64,000 nt of DNA from Octopus sinensis (lineage: Eukaryota), in the NCBI RefSeq assembly GCF_006345805.1, contig NC_043006.1, positions 90,644,001-90,708,000 of the forward strand, written 5' to 3'. The first letter of the stretch is position 1. Every line of letters starts with the position of its first letter. The notes beneath the pieces were generated by a model. It did no database searches, was not told where the DNA came from, and worked only from the letters and a program-made list of their open reading frames with translations. Positions 13,721-26,096 of this stretch are shown here, piece by piece. The position numbers were made by a program, and so were the translations under genes.

Positions 13721-14081
13721 CACTTTTATATATATATATATATATAGGGTTTTGTGCTTGAAAGACTTGTTCTTTTTCAGGTTAAGATTTTAAGAAAGAC
13801 ATCTGATGTTTGTATTTGGTTGTAAACATTAATTAAATAACCGACTAAAATATACTTAATTTTCCCTTTCAGTAATAGTAGTTAGCAATTATGTTTTCTT
13901 ATATTTGTATCCAAAAGATAAAAGATAATGAAAAACTGTCATGTTTTGAATTTAGTCTTCATGTACTGTGTACAAAGAAATCATATTATAATAATAAAAA
14001 AGAATTAAAAGAACTGAAAGTTATATTGATATTTATTTTAATGGAATGATGTGATTAGTACTCAATATTTTTATATTACAG

Positions 14082-14440
14082 CCTTTACATTTTAGCAAAT
14101 CTCTTTGTTTATTTTTGTCTTTCCTTCATATTACCTTGTTGGTATACTGTCTCTATACTTTTTGTTTACTGGGTGTCATTTTTCTCTTAGTAAAAATTGC
14201 CTTAGTCACTTATTTTCTTGATCAGCATTTACTTTGCAATTATTTTTCTTTAATACTTCCAGATTTAATTAGAATTTGAAATAATTCCAATTGAAATTTA
14301 TTTCTTATAATTATGACAATTTCTTTAAATTATGGTTATAAATTATTTTGACCATTATTTTCTTAGTTTTTGTATTTTAACTAATTTAGTGGAAAATAAT
14401 CTAATCTCAGAATATAGTCATTATGTAGAATATTCATAAA
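14082..14440 (+). CDS. AAA1 C-terminal exon (PLHFSK..DQHLLCNYFSLILPDL..)
   Basis: tattacag acceptor, phase 0; DNHD1-type PLYQ and HLL..LPDL motifs; 7 stops; donor not located. Confidence 0.7.
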
Positions 14441-14619
14441 GAAACTCTTGTCTTGGAGAATACAAAAATGCTTCTCTTTAAATATATAAGCCATTGAAAT
14501 AACTATCTATCTCTTTAAAATATTTATGTTTCAGCGTCATTTATCTATTTTGAGGGTAAAAGAAAACAGGTTTGTTCCGGAAAGTTTTATGTTAGTTTTT
14601 GGTTTTTTTTTCTATACTT

Positions 14620-15025
14620 TACTTTACTTTTACTTTTACTTTTACTTGTTTCAGTCATTTGACTGCGGCCATGCTGGAGCACCGCCTTTAGTCGAGCAAA
14701 TCGATCCCGGGACTTATTCTTTGTAAGCCCAGTACTTATTCTATCGGTCTCTTTTTGCCGAACCGCTAAGTGACGGGGATGTAAACACACCAGCATCGGT
14801 TGTCAAGCAATGCTAGGGGGACAAACACACACACATACATATATATATATATACATACATACGACAGGCTTCTTTCAGTTTCCGTCTACCAAATCCACTC
14901 ACAAGGCTTTGGTCGGCCCGAGGCTATAGTAGAAGACATTTGCCCAAGATGCCACGCAGTGGGACTGAACCCGGAACCATGTGGTTGGTTAGCAAGCTAC
15001 TTACCACACAGCCACTCCTGCGCCT
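14620..15025 (-). mobile_element. SINE family A
   Basis: Reverse complement of the 2002-2399 copy. Confidence 0.9.
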
Positions 15026-15227
15026 GTTAATTTTTCATATTAATTATTTGCTCTGTATTCTTATAGTGAAATTCATTTATTAAAAAAACAAAATTTCATA
15101 ATTTCAAGTCATTTTAGTCTCTTAATTTAATGATAAAAACAAAAAAAAAATCAATTTCTATTTAACTTGATGTAAAACATTTTTTGTTGAGAGTTGTAGT
15201 AAACTAGACTTACACAAACCTAGAATA

Positions 15228-15525
15228 TCATCATTGTTTAACATCCATTTTCCATGCTAGTATAGGTTGGATGGTTTGATTGGGGTCTGGGAAGCCAGGA
15301 GGCTGCACCAGGCTCCAGTCTGATCTGGCAGTGTTTCTACAGCTGGATGTCCTTCTTAACGCCAACCACTCCGTGAGTGTAGTGGGTGCTTTTTATGTAC
15401 CATTGGCAAGGGGCCAGACGAGGCTGGCAACGGCCATGATTGGCTGGTGCTTTGTACATGCCACTGGCATGGAAGCCAGTCAAAGCGGCGCTGGCACCGG
15501 CCACATTCTGATGGTGCTTTTAATA
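15228..15525 (-). mobile_element. RTE 3'-end (family B) copy
   Basis: Same 3' UTR as 11170-11340; related copies at 25530-25850(+), 42018-42170(-), 59390-59500(+), 59513-59850(-) and 60038-60280(-). Confidence 0.85.
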
Positions 15526-15841
15526 ATTCTAAAGGAAATAGAAAGCAGTCTCAACTCTGGTGAACAATAAGCATAAGATTCACAACTAGAACTTAACTAC
15601 TGTTGATTGTGATTTCTGTTTTTCCATTGATAAAAAGCTAAATATTTGTTGCAGAGGTGTAGACAAAGTCAGTTACTTCTTATGTAGGAAATGTCAATTC
15701 TAACCAGTTCATCATACTGTTTGAGCTTTGAGCTTTTTCTATAGGCAATATGTAATAGCAGAATTCCCTTGCCTTACTAAGAAAATGATAATTTCAAAAT
15801 CAAATCCTGTTTAATGTAGTGAGTGTGATAACTTTAATTAA

Positions 15842-15982
15842 CTGAGACTATTCATTTTGAAGAGATAAACAATGCTTAACAAAACCGAAACAAAAGTAAC
15901 AACTCTTTCGATGAATTGTAATTTAGCTTCATCAGAAGAAAAATGACTTTTTGAATTGTTGCTAAATGCTCTCTACCAGTTG
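15842..15982 (+). CDS. AAA1 lid exon segment SMNCNLASSEEK*LFELLLNALYQ
   Basis: Matches [24 protein letters not shown]; boundaries approximate. Confidence 0.65.
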
Positions 15983-16704
15983 GTAATGTACTTCATTTAT
16001 GGATGTTCTAAGAAAGCTAACAGAATGACACTATATTCTAGCATAGCCCATGCGTAAACAAATCTTATAAGCGAGTAGTTCACAAATACATTTCCAAGGG
16101 CAATGGAAAAAATAAATATGACTTGCCATCACAAACTAGAAGGCATTCAGATGTAATTCCTGAAAGCTGTAGTTATGCCGAAAATGCGACTATATTACCT
16201 TCAGTTTGATTCTAGTTTGACTTTGCATGTTCAAGAGAAGTGCATAAACAGACATACAGTCATGTAGTATCATCATGCTTGCACAGATACTGCATGCAAA
16301 ATCGTTTTTGGTCTTTTATTTTAGGTTGATAATGAGAATTTTCATGGCAGCCATAAATTTATTACATTGCATCACAGTCAAAATGTCAAGGGTCTGTAAA
16401 TATTTCAGTTATGAACAGTTTCAAATGAACAAGGGAAAAATACCTCTCACTCTAAGATATACTAGTGACACTAATAGAATTATGCACCTGTCAGAGATAT
16501 ATGCATTCACACATATAGACAAGCTATTCAGTTTTGTTTTGTATTTTCTTTTATTTTACTCATTGCATTGAAGCCATTAGCTTATAAGATATAATGTTTC
16601 TTTCCTCATTACATTCTGTTAGTCTAAATTTCCAGTCTTTATCCCATTTTAAATTTCCTCAGTGCATATGATTTTCCTTCAATTTGTTTTATACTGTATT
16701 CCAG

Positions 16705-16811
16705 ACCTCCAAATGATGCATTTTCTTCAAAACACTCTTTGCAGAGCTGGTTTTCAAAAGTTCAAATTGAACACCAACAGCAATGGCTCTTACTAGAACA
16801 GATTAAACAAG
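16705..16811 (+). CDS. Exon PPNDAFSSKHSLQSWFSKVQIEHQQQWLLLEQIKQ
   Basis: ttccag acceptor, GTATAG donor, open frame; LEQIKQ matches DNHD1 LEQLSQ. Confidence 0.7.
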
Positions 16812-17019
16812 GTATAGAAATATAGACTGTAGTATATCTGGAGCCCTATATTTGTGGATTGAACAGCAAAGTTCAGTCCATAACTCATTAATTGCATAGT
16901 TGTTTATTAAATGTGTAATTTAAAATTTTTATATTATCAAATGGAAGTGTTCTTTTATTCATCAATCAGCAGTTACTTATTTGTGCATAATATATAATTG
17001 TTTCACTTTTTGTAATCAG

Positions 17020-17423
17020 AAGTATTCATGTATTTGCTCAAGTATCTCTATAGAAAGACAAAACTGACTTGTTGCAGTTATTCCTTTGTCAGCATCTTTG
17101 ATTTGAAAATGTATTGTAGATTAATGTTTCTGAGAGCTTAATTTACCATCTAGTAGTTCTTAGTAAAAGAAAGTTTGCATGCATAAGTATTTTCACATGA
17201 GCTGGTACATTTACATCCACTACTACATCCACTATAAAAAAGACACTACTATGAACACTCACAGGAATTATTAACCAAGTCTTTCATTTCATGATTTATA
17301 CTCATTCCTGAGATATAAAGCTAAATAACATCCTGCATTTAAATTCGATCTAGTCTCTGCTGTCTTCAACTTCTCTGCTATGAATATTAAAACTAGTAGA
17401 ATGGTGGAATGGCAGAAATGGTT
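17020..17423 (+). CDS. AAA2 N-terminal segment(s) (KLTCCSYSF..ELVHLHP..VEWQKWL)
   Basis: Phase 1 entry matches; the frame changes between about 17280 and 17350 (intron or frameshift, unresolved); GTAATT donor. Confidence 0.55.
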
Positions 17424-17495
17424 GTAATTACATCCTTAGTTCAAATCCTACCACTGTTGATTTGTTAGTGTTCATTGCTCATCTTGCTTTTTTAG

Positions 17496-17548
17496 GTTTG
17501 ACAGATACTACAAGTCAAGTACTGGGGCTTATTAATTTTCTAATTTTG
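17496..17548 (+). CDS. AAA2 Walker B exon (L)FDRYYKSSTGAY*FSNF
   Basis: T-rich tttag acceptor, GTATGA donor, phase 2 to 1; TAA at 17533 equals the W of GAWLDS. Confidence 0.7.
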
Positions 17549-17613
17549 GTATGAAGCTAAAGTTAGAAATATACAATAAAAATAAACATGATATGTTTCA
17601 TACATTTAAATGC

Positions 17614-17687
<74 letters not shown>

Positions 17688-18056
17688 CAAGCATGCACAC
17701 ACATGTGCATGTACATATATTTGTAATGAAAGGTGCAATGCTTGTCTAGATGTAGTTCTTATCCACTAGGCTCCTTGATCATTAATTTATAATCAACTGC
17801 AGGTATTGCTCTAGCCTAAACTAGAGTTTTAAACTCTGCTTATTGCCTACCATTTCATAGTTATTTCAAGTCATTACATTTCTCTCATGCACTCACACAC
17901 AAAATCAATACTTATCTTATAAGTGTATCATGATGGAAATTTCTGAAGCAAGATGCTTTTCATTACATTTCCTTGTTGAACACCACCGTCCATCTCATCT
18001 TTTAGTGTTTTTGTTGCACGCATTGAAACCAAGATAGCTTCTCACCTGTCTCACAG

Positions 18057-18158
18057 GTCTTGTAAAGGATCAAGGTTACTGCACTTCCGCCTCTAAGAAA
18101 TTTAAAATTTCAGTTCAAATTGTTGCATTTTTCATAAGCAGAAATATGAAAAACCGCA
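18057..18158 (+). CDS. Exon GLVKDQGYCTSASKKFKISVQIVAFFISRNMKNR
   Basis: tcacag acceptor, phase 1 to 1, open frame; matches VLDDNKKLCLSSGERIKL. Confidence 0.7.
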
Positions 18159-18271
18159 GTGTGTGTGTCTGCATGCATGTGTGCGTGTGTGTGTAATGTC
18201 TTAAAATATATACTTCATCATTTCTAATCCTCTTAATAGTTTAAAGTCATGTCCTTTGCAATCTTTTGTAG

Positions 18272-18331
18272 TTAACAAAACATCTTTCGTGGCAACAGTG
18301 CAATAGCGATGAATTCTGAAATATCTTAAAA
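18272..18331 (+). CDS. Exon INKTSFVATVQ*R*ILKYLK
   Basis: ttttgtag acceptor, GTGAAT donor, phase 1 to 1; matches DNHD1 EQTWQCILSAL. Confidence 0.65.
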
Positions 18332-19063
18332 GTGAATTTACTTTATTTATGTTTGCTTGATTATTATTAGAAAACGATTTTCAATATTTATTGGGCAAAC
18401 AAAGAAACATTTGCAGCATTTATAATATAAATGAAATTTTATTTATTTATTCAGTTAAAATCTAAAATTCAACATATTGTTGTTTTTCTAATATTTTTGA
18501 ATAGGTTTAATTGAAAGCACTAAAAATACATATTAAGATTTTTGTAATGAATAATTCATTAATTTTAAATGTGTTTTGTCTAAAGTATAAAACTAAAAAG
18601 TAATCAATTTTTGTCTAGCTATTTTAATACATGAATTTGTTTAATGTATATTGCATTCTAATTTTTAAACTTGAGTTAAATTCTTCAAGATTTAGGAAGA
18701 TTAATAAACTTGAGATAGTATCATTTATGAAGCAGTTGATTTTTTTCTCCTGTTTCCCCCTAAATCTACCAAATTTTGTTTACAATAAATTAATTTTCTG
18801 AAATTTATTAAAATTTATACTAAAAACACTCTTCTTTGGGTAAGTTAAAAGAAACACGCCCTACAAACTTATTTGAAAGGATACAACTCTATCATAGAAT
18901 TCATAATGGTAAATGCTAAATTGGTAGTGTTTTAAAACTTTGCTGCACAGAAGTTATTAGTTAAAAGACAAAAAAACCTAACAAACAGTTTTCTGTACTA
19001 TTTCAATAAGAATATACATTTCGTATATGTGTACATGTCTCCGTGTCTATGAAAATGTATATA

Positions 19064-19096
<33 letters not shown>

Positions 19097-19175
19097 GTTT
19101 TCTGACGTGAATTTGCTACCCAGGTATCAATTAACCGAATTATCCATACTAGGATAATTCATTCACCTTCTTAAA

Positions 19176-19207
<32 letters not shown>

Positions 19208-20056
19208 ATTCACATTTATGGAAAACAAAGATGAAGACAGGTGTAAGAACAAGAAGGTATGGTGTGATTTGAGAAAAATTTGGCTGCTCTCTGCCATTAG
19301 TAAGAAGTAAACTTAGATGCTATAGTGTACTTCCAGATTAATTGTAGTTGAAAACATAGTTGAAAAAACTACGACAACCATGTTTGTATATCAGAAACTA
19401 TTTTCTTAAATATAACCTTTACTTAAGAACGTGATTTAGCAAAGTTTTAGCTGCTGTTTTCAGCAGTTGTATATTTACCAATCCTGAAATGTCTGATGGT
19501 AAAAAAAAACATTAAGGAGAGTGTATACATTAAGTACAATATGTTTGTTGTATAATTTAACTAATGATATTTTTCAGATTATGTAAATTATAAAAGAAAT
19601 ATTTAAAAATATAAGGTTTGCTCTGTTTTTACATAATGTATAAAAACAGAGCAAACCTTATGTTTTATATTGTTTTTCCAATTGTAAATTCTCTACCCAT
19701 TCACTATTTATGGATTTTTTAAAGCATATGTTGACAAATTATCCTTATTTTAAGCACAGCATCAACATGAGTGGTTTGATAGGATTTGACAAACTAGAAA
19801 AACTGCATTGAGCTCCAATATTAACTTTGGCAGGTCTTCTATAACTAGGGGTCCTTTCTAATGCTAACCACTTTACAGAGAGTACTGAGTGCCTTTTTTT
19901 TTTTCGTGGCACTACCACAAGTAAGATCACCAGGCAACTCACAAGACAAGACCCCTCAACCGAGTGGGGAGATGTGGTATTGAAGGAGATGGCTTTATGC
20001 CAAATGTTGGGATTGGAGCAGTCATAGCTTAAATACAATGTGTCAAAACAATCGTT

Positions 20057-20590
20057 GTGATAAATAAAGTTTCATGTATATTCTGGGTTTGGAAGAGTAG
20101 AGACATCAGACTCGCTACCAAATGCAGATTGGTGAATGCAATTGTCTTCTCAATTGCAACATATGGATGCGAGACCTGGACACTAAAGAAAGCTTACCAG
20201 AAGAGAATTAATGCATTCGAGCTTTGGTGTTGGAGAAGACTTTTACGGATTCCATGGACAGCGAGGCTCACCAATGGAGAAGTTCTTAAGCAGATCAGGC
20301 CGAAAATGTCGCTAGAAGCTAGGATCACCAAGCATGGATTGGCATATTTTGGTCATATTATGCAGAGAAAATCCCTGGGGAAGGACATCATGCTCAGAAT
20401 GGTAAGTGGCAAGAGAAGAAGAGGCCGACCAAGAATCCGCTGACTTGACACCATCAAGAGGGATACCGGAATGGACATAGCCAATCTGAAAGAAGCGGCC
20501 CAGGATAGAACTGACTGGAGGACACTGTTCCAACAAGTAACCGTGAGTCGACTTCGACTGAGTGGATAGATAGATAGATAGATAGTATAT
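20057..20590 (+). mobile_element. RTE (BovB-like) LINE 3' fragment
   Basis: YGCETWTL..AFELWCWRRLLRIPW..GKRRRGRP motifs; (GATA)n tail. Confidence 0.9.
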
Positions 20591-21355
20591 TCCATCTTCT
20601 GTCTCTATTGTTTCTGTTATACTCAATTCCTAATGTAGATCCAGTGATGATTGTGCGGTTACCATGGATGACACCAGGTAGCCATAGGCAGTGAATGCAC
20701 TTTATCAGTATACTACTAGGGACATACCCAACACAAATTTCAAATTTTAATTTTAACTTATATTATGTATGTATGTGTGTGTGTGATTATGTCCCCATAA
20801 TTTCGAGGTTCAGCAAAAGAGACTGATAAAATAAGTTCTAAGCTTTAAGAAATAAATCCTGGAATTGATTTATTCAACTAAAACTCTTCGAGGCAGTGCC
20901 CCAGAATGATTGTTGTAAGAAGTGATTGAAATGAGTTAAAGATAAAAGATGTGTAAAATGTTTCTCCCATTGATGTCTGTGTGTGTATATGTTTTAATGG
21001 CTTTTTAAAAAAGGGAAGCCAGCACCTTGACTTTATTGCAGAGCTTTCAAGGCTGGTAAGGGGAAAAGAAAAGAATAAACCACAACTCATGGGTCACCTT
21101 CCCACTGAAGACTGGTCTTGAATGCTTTTAACAGTGTGTGTGTGGGTGGGGTCAGGTGGTGGGGTCACTATAAAGAAACTTATAATCACAATCTTTTCCC
21201 CATATAAAACTCCCTGTTACTGATTCATAATTCATTTTTGTTCTAATTTTGCCTTTTATTATGAAATACATTTACACAGTAATATTCAAATACGAGTCTT
21301 CCATGGATTGTTTATTATTTCTATATTGTATAGTTATCTTTTGATTTTTCTTTAG

Positions 21356-21615
21356 CTAAACTGTTAGGCTAATTCTTAGATTAAAGCTAACTGCATATAG
21401 CAGTTTGAAGTGAAATTTACAATATTGTAGAAATTGAAATTTCTTTAAAAATCCATAATTTTGTTCATGCTATTTCTAAATATATTTCATGTTGGAATAA
21501 CTTTTTGCTAGAAAGATACTGAAAAGATTCTGCATCATAGCCATCATCTTATCTTTCTTTGATTTCAGTAATAAATATTTAATCATTATTAGGGTTGCTT
21601 TCATGTATACAGACA
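21356..21615 (+). CDS. AAA2 lid exon (..SEIYNIVEIEISLKIHNF..SVINI*SLLGLLSCIQT)
   Basis: ttctttag acceptor, GTAAGT donor, phase 1 to 0; single frame with 7 stops. Confidence 0.65.
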
Positions 21616-21734
21616 GTAAGTTGCATTTAATCTACCACTGAAATTTAGTAACTTTTGAAGATTTAAGAACTCAAATAAATGATATTCTAAAAAAATGACA
21701 TAGTTACCATATTTTTAGCCCTTTGTTATTTTAC

Positions 21735-22121
21735 TCTCTCTTTTCTCTTTTACTTGTTTCAGTCATTTGACTGCGGCCATGCTGGAGCACCACCTTTAAT
21801 CGAGCAACTCGACCCCGGGACTTATTCTTTTGTAAGCCCAGTACTTATTCTATCGGTCTCTTTTGCCGAACTGCTAAGTAACGGGGACATGAACACACCA
21901 GCATTGGTTGTCAAGCAATGCTAGGGGGACAAACACACACACGCATATATATATACATATATACGACAGGCTTCTTTCAGTTTCCGTCTACCAAATCCAC
22001 TCACAAGGTTTTGGTCAGCCCGAGGCTATAGTAGAAGACACTTGCCCAAGGTGCCACGCAGTGGGACTGAACCCGGAACCATGTGGTTGGTAAACAAGCT
22101 ACTTACCACACAGCCACTCCT
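21735..22121 (-). mobile_element. SINE family A
   Basis: Same family. Confidence 0.9.
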
Positions 22122-22369
22122 GTTATGTTTTTAATTAATTTAAACTAATTTTGATTAATGATCTGGAATTTATATTTATGTATGAAATCAATAATAATTT
22201 TGATAGCTAAAGACTTAATTTATTCTTCCTTTAGTTGTATCAACAGCTATGCAGCATTTTTATCATTCAAGTATTGTTTAAAATACTACTCATTCACCTT
22301 CATGCTTTTATTAAACACATTCATTAGTCTTCATTTAACTATGACTTAAACATTCAACATTATCTTCAG

Positions 22370-22610
22370 ATGTAAGATCCTATACCTACCTGTATGTTAA
22401 TATGTGGCTATTAAATACATTTTTATTGAACATTTCATTAACAACAAAATACCATGAATCTTATGTTTCTTCATTCTCTTTGGACTACATTTTACTTTCC
22501 TGCCATTTGAACAACATAAGATTTCTTGACCAAACTGAATCCAGTGACCTTCTTATGAATTGCTTATTCTCAACACTAATATAGGTTATTGCCCACTTCA
22601 ATGATAAAAG
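22370..22610 (+). CDS. Exon ending LLMNCLFSTLI*VIAHFNDK
   Basis: About 70 open codons, then TAG at 22582 at the conserved LIW; GTATTT donor, phase 2; 5' boundary uncertain. Confidence 0.7.
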
Positions 22611-23225
22611 GTATTTAATGGGCCCATATAATTTCCTTTGTGTTTGTTCATGATCAAAGAAACAAAAATGTCTTTAATGAGAGAACAGTGAGCATGTGTG
22701 CATAAGGGAATGGAATTTAAAAACAAGCAGAGTAGATGGAGACCTGAAGAACATTCTTTTTGATGTAATGAATTAAAAGATCAATTATCATCTTTGTCAT
22801 TTAACATCTACTTTTCCATGCTTGCTTGGGTCAGACAGAGTTTAATGAGGCAGATTTTCTATGGCTGAATGTTTTTCCCATTGCCAACCCTTACATGTTT
22901 CTAAGTAAGTTAATTTTTCCCCATGGCCAGACATGTTTCCACGGAATATTGGATATAAATGACAGTCATTTACATCAAATATGTTATACCAAAACAAAGA
23001 CATGCAAATATATACATATTCACATGCTCATACTTAAACACTCACACAGATACACATACATGTACACTTGCGTCAGAAATTAATTAGCACTTCTCAAATT
23101 TCTACATTTTCTTACATTTTCTTAATTTAATTAACTTATTATCAGAAACGAACTCGTTTTTAATCAAAAATTTATTAAAACATATCCCAGCATACCACAT
23201 AATTGTTATTAATCGTGAAATTTAG

Positions 23226-24245
23226 TCAATATCTTGTTGCTCCTCCTTTGGCAGCAATGACAGCTGCTATGCGGGCCGGCATGCTGTCTATGAGTGCCTG
23301 CAGGTACTGTGCAGGGATGGCCCTCCATGCAGCAAGAAGTGCCCCAAACAGCTCGTGTCGGTTCCTGTATTGCTGCACATTCAAATCCCTACCCAATCGA
23401 CTCCAGAGGTTCTCAATAGGGTTCAGGTCAGGTGACTGGCCAGGCCAGTCCATGACCGTCACCCCATGGTCCTTGAAGAAACCGGTTGTGAGCTTGGCTG
23501 TGTGGGGAAACGCGTTGTCCTGCTGGAGCACGTACTCCTCGCCACCAAAGAGGTATCCCGCAGAGGGTAGGGCAGCATTCCGTACTATCTCAACGTACTT
23601 TGCTGCGTTGATGTTGCCTTCGATGGCATAGAGCCGCCCAACACCACTGTAGCTGAATGCCCCCCACACCATCAGACCACCCCCACCATGCTTCATGGTG
23701 GGAGCAATGCAGTCTTTGTTGAAGCGCTCACCCCTGCGGCGTCGCACATGGACAGGCTTGTCACTGACGAGACTGAATCGTGACTCGTCAGTGAACATCA
23801 CTGTCCGCCACTGCTGCATGGTCCATGTCTTGTGGGCACGGGCCCAGAGCAGCTGCCTCTTCCGGTTTTGGGCTGTAAGGAGCGGCTTACGGGCGGCCCT
23901 ACAGGATTTTAGACCAGCTTCCAGTAATCTGGTCTTGACGGTGGTTGTAGACAACTGCTTCCCTGTCACCTTTTGCATCTCCTCCGCCAGTTGCCGGCTC
24001 GTTGCCCTTCGGTTGTTCAGTGACTTTCGGATCAGCATCCGGTCCTCCTGCTGGGTCGTCAGCCTCTTCCGTCCCCTACCCTTTTTGTCAGCTGCTGATC
24101 CGGTTTCCTCGTATTTCTTAAATAAGCACCGAATTGTGCGCCTAGCTACACCAAATTTTCTGGCTATTGCTGCCTCCGACAGCTTCCCACACCACGAGAG
24201 AGCCTCGTACCATCTCTCCAAGGTCATGCGAGGTCTTGGGCCCAT
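23226..24245 (-). CDS. Intact Tc1 transposase, 339 aa, DD34E
   Basis: HTH N-terminus, FTDESRF, QQDNA and WPGQSPDLNPIENLW; 34 residues between the second D and E. Confidence 0.95.
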   Translation of the reverse strand: MGPRPRMTLERWYEALSWCGKLSEAAIARKFGVARRTIRCLFKKYEETGSAADKKGRGRKRLTTQQEDRMLIRKSLNNRRATSRQLAEEMQKVTGKQLSTTTVKTRLLEAGLKSCRAARKPLLTAQNRKRQLLWARAHKTWTMQQWRTVMFTDESRFSLVSDKPVHVRRRRGERFNKDCIAPTMKHGGGGLMVWGAFSYSGVGRLYAIEGNINAAKYVEIVRNAALPSAGYLFGGEEYVLQQDNAFPHTAKLTTGFFKDHGVTVMDWPGQSPDLNPIENLWSRLGRDLNVQQYRNRHELFGALLAAWRAIPAQYLQALIDSMPARIAAVIAAKGGATRY

Positions 24246-24404
24246 CTAGGAATGAACGATAAAAACCAGTTATTTTCATTAAAACTATTCATTTGAATAA
24301 TGTTATGCTATAACAAAACTGCTATGAGTTATTATTCATTAAACAAAAAAGAAAGAAAGCAGAATTTCTCACCTTATTTGATGTATAACAGAAAGTTTTG
24401 TGAA

Positions 24405-24420
24405 CCGGAAGTGACGTCAC
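24405..24420. promoter_or_regulatory. Overlapping ETS-CRE motif CCGGAAGTGACGTCAC upstream of the Tc1 ORF
   Basis: Exact motif, 32-47 nt upstream of a putative 5' UTR donor on the minus strand. Confidence 0.5.
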
Positions 24421-26096
24421 GAAGCAGAGTGTAGGAGAATTTGTGAGGAAAAAAAATCTTGCAAATACACAAATCAATTAACCTACGAGCTGTTCAAAAC
24501 GTCTTACGCGATGAGAAAACTTAGTACGGTGTGATTTTGGTCCTTGCGAGGCGCTACCTATATCTGTATAATTTCCGGCTTCGTGTCTCGCTAAATACAG
24601 AATAGATATTTATATTTAAGTTTCTCCACACAGGGGTTTTTCAATGGCGGCCGATTTTCGCAGGGTTCCACTATTCCCTTCTCTCTCTCTCTCCCTCTTT
24701 TACGTTGTCTGCCCTCCCCCCCTCTTCCTTTCCCCCCTTCCATTGCTAAGAGCATTTTTAAGCCAGCCCGTCAAGTTCAACCTTCGCATATTCGCTGTGT
24801 CAGGCCGAAAAACGAAATGTTCCCAAGATAAGAAAATCTTTCTAATCTAATTCATCCCGTAATCTGTACCAGTAATATTCTCATGCAAATTTGTCTGATC
24901 TCTAGTGGTTAAGCTGTTTATTATTATTATTATTAGTATTAGTATTATCCCTTTGACCCCCAGTCGACAATTTGTTTATTAGTATTATTATTATTATTAT
25001 TTTCAGTTTCGCCTCGTATTGCATATTCTGTATAATTTATTAGTTATTGTTGACCATCGGTTTCCGGCTTCGTGTCTTGCTAAATACAGAATAGATATTT
25101 ATATTTAAGTTTCTCCATACAGGGGTTTTTCAATGGCAGCCGATTTTCGCGGGGTTCCACTATTCCCTTCTCTCTCTCTCTCCCTCTTTTACGTTGTCTG
25201 CCCTCCCCCCCTTCCTTTCCCCCCTTCCATTGCTAAGAGCATTTTTAAGCCAGCCCGTCAAGTTCAACCATCGCATATTCCCGGTGCACCCGCCCTTGCC
25301 CACCCCCACCACCAATACCGGACATCTCTATATTTTTGCTCCATCTATACCGGATGTCGCTTCTCCCACCACCATTATAGGTGTCTACTCTTCGAACCCC
25401 CCTCTTCAATACGCTATTTCACCATGCATTACCCCTCTCGTGATATCCTATGTTCTACTTGTCTAGAACCTGTCATCGTTTCTCCGAACACCCCTCCTCA
25501 CTGGTGCTCCCCTATATTTCTGCACCCTCCCCCCACATAAAAAGCACCATCCGAACGTGGCCGATGCCAGCACCGCCCCGACTGGCTTCTGTGCAGGTGG
25601 CACATAAAAAGCACCAACTGACCGTGGCCGATGCCAGACCCCTCTGGCACCTGTGCAGGTGGCACGTAAAAAGCACCCACTACACTCGCGGAGTGGTTGG
25701 CGTTAGGAAGGGCGTCCAGCTGTAGAAACACTGCCAGACCAGACTGGAGCCTGGGGCAGCCCCTGGCTCCCCAGACCCCGGTCAAAACCGTCCAACCCGT
25801 GCTAGCGGACGTTAAACGATGATGATGATGATGATGATAATGATGATGATGAAAGGAAGATTTGTCTGCATCCGCACTCCAAGTTGTTGTTGCACTGCTA
25901 TGTCAACATCATTAGGCTGTAGACTCTCAAACCGCTCTGCAAACAAAGTTACGTCATCGTTCTGCGCAACAGTGAACTCGCAACAAAGCAATAGTTCGAG
26001 ATATGGCCACTAGGTGACAGCACATACCTTGAGTGAAGAGCAAATCAAGGGTGCTAATTAATTTCCGACGGTAGTGTATATCAAGGATATTTTTAG

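Larger units (their letters stand above)
23065..26076 (-). mobile_element. Tc1 DNA transposon, about 3.0 kb
   Basis: 26-bp imperfect TIRs (cacttgcgtcagaaattaattagcac), TA at both flanks. Confidence 0.9.

Noticed and set aside
15165-15570. Apparent dynein exon split by a family B repeat
   Set aside because: The same motif is better explained at 14340-14440 in frame with the LPDL exon, so this match was probably overfitted.
17900-18150. HDG..RLL..CC reading as AAA2 Walker B
   Set aside because: Phase tracking gives better matches in exons 17496-17548 and 18057-18158. This shows that short motif matches in AT-rich DNA can arise by chance.
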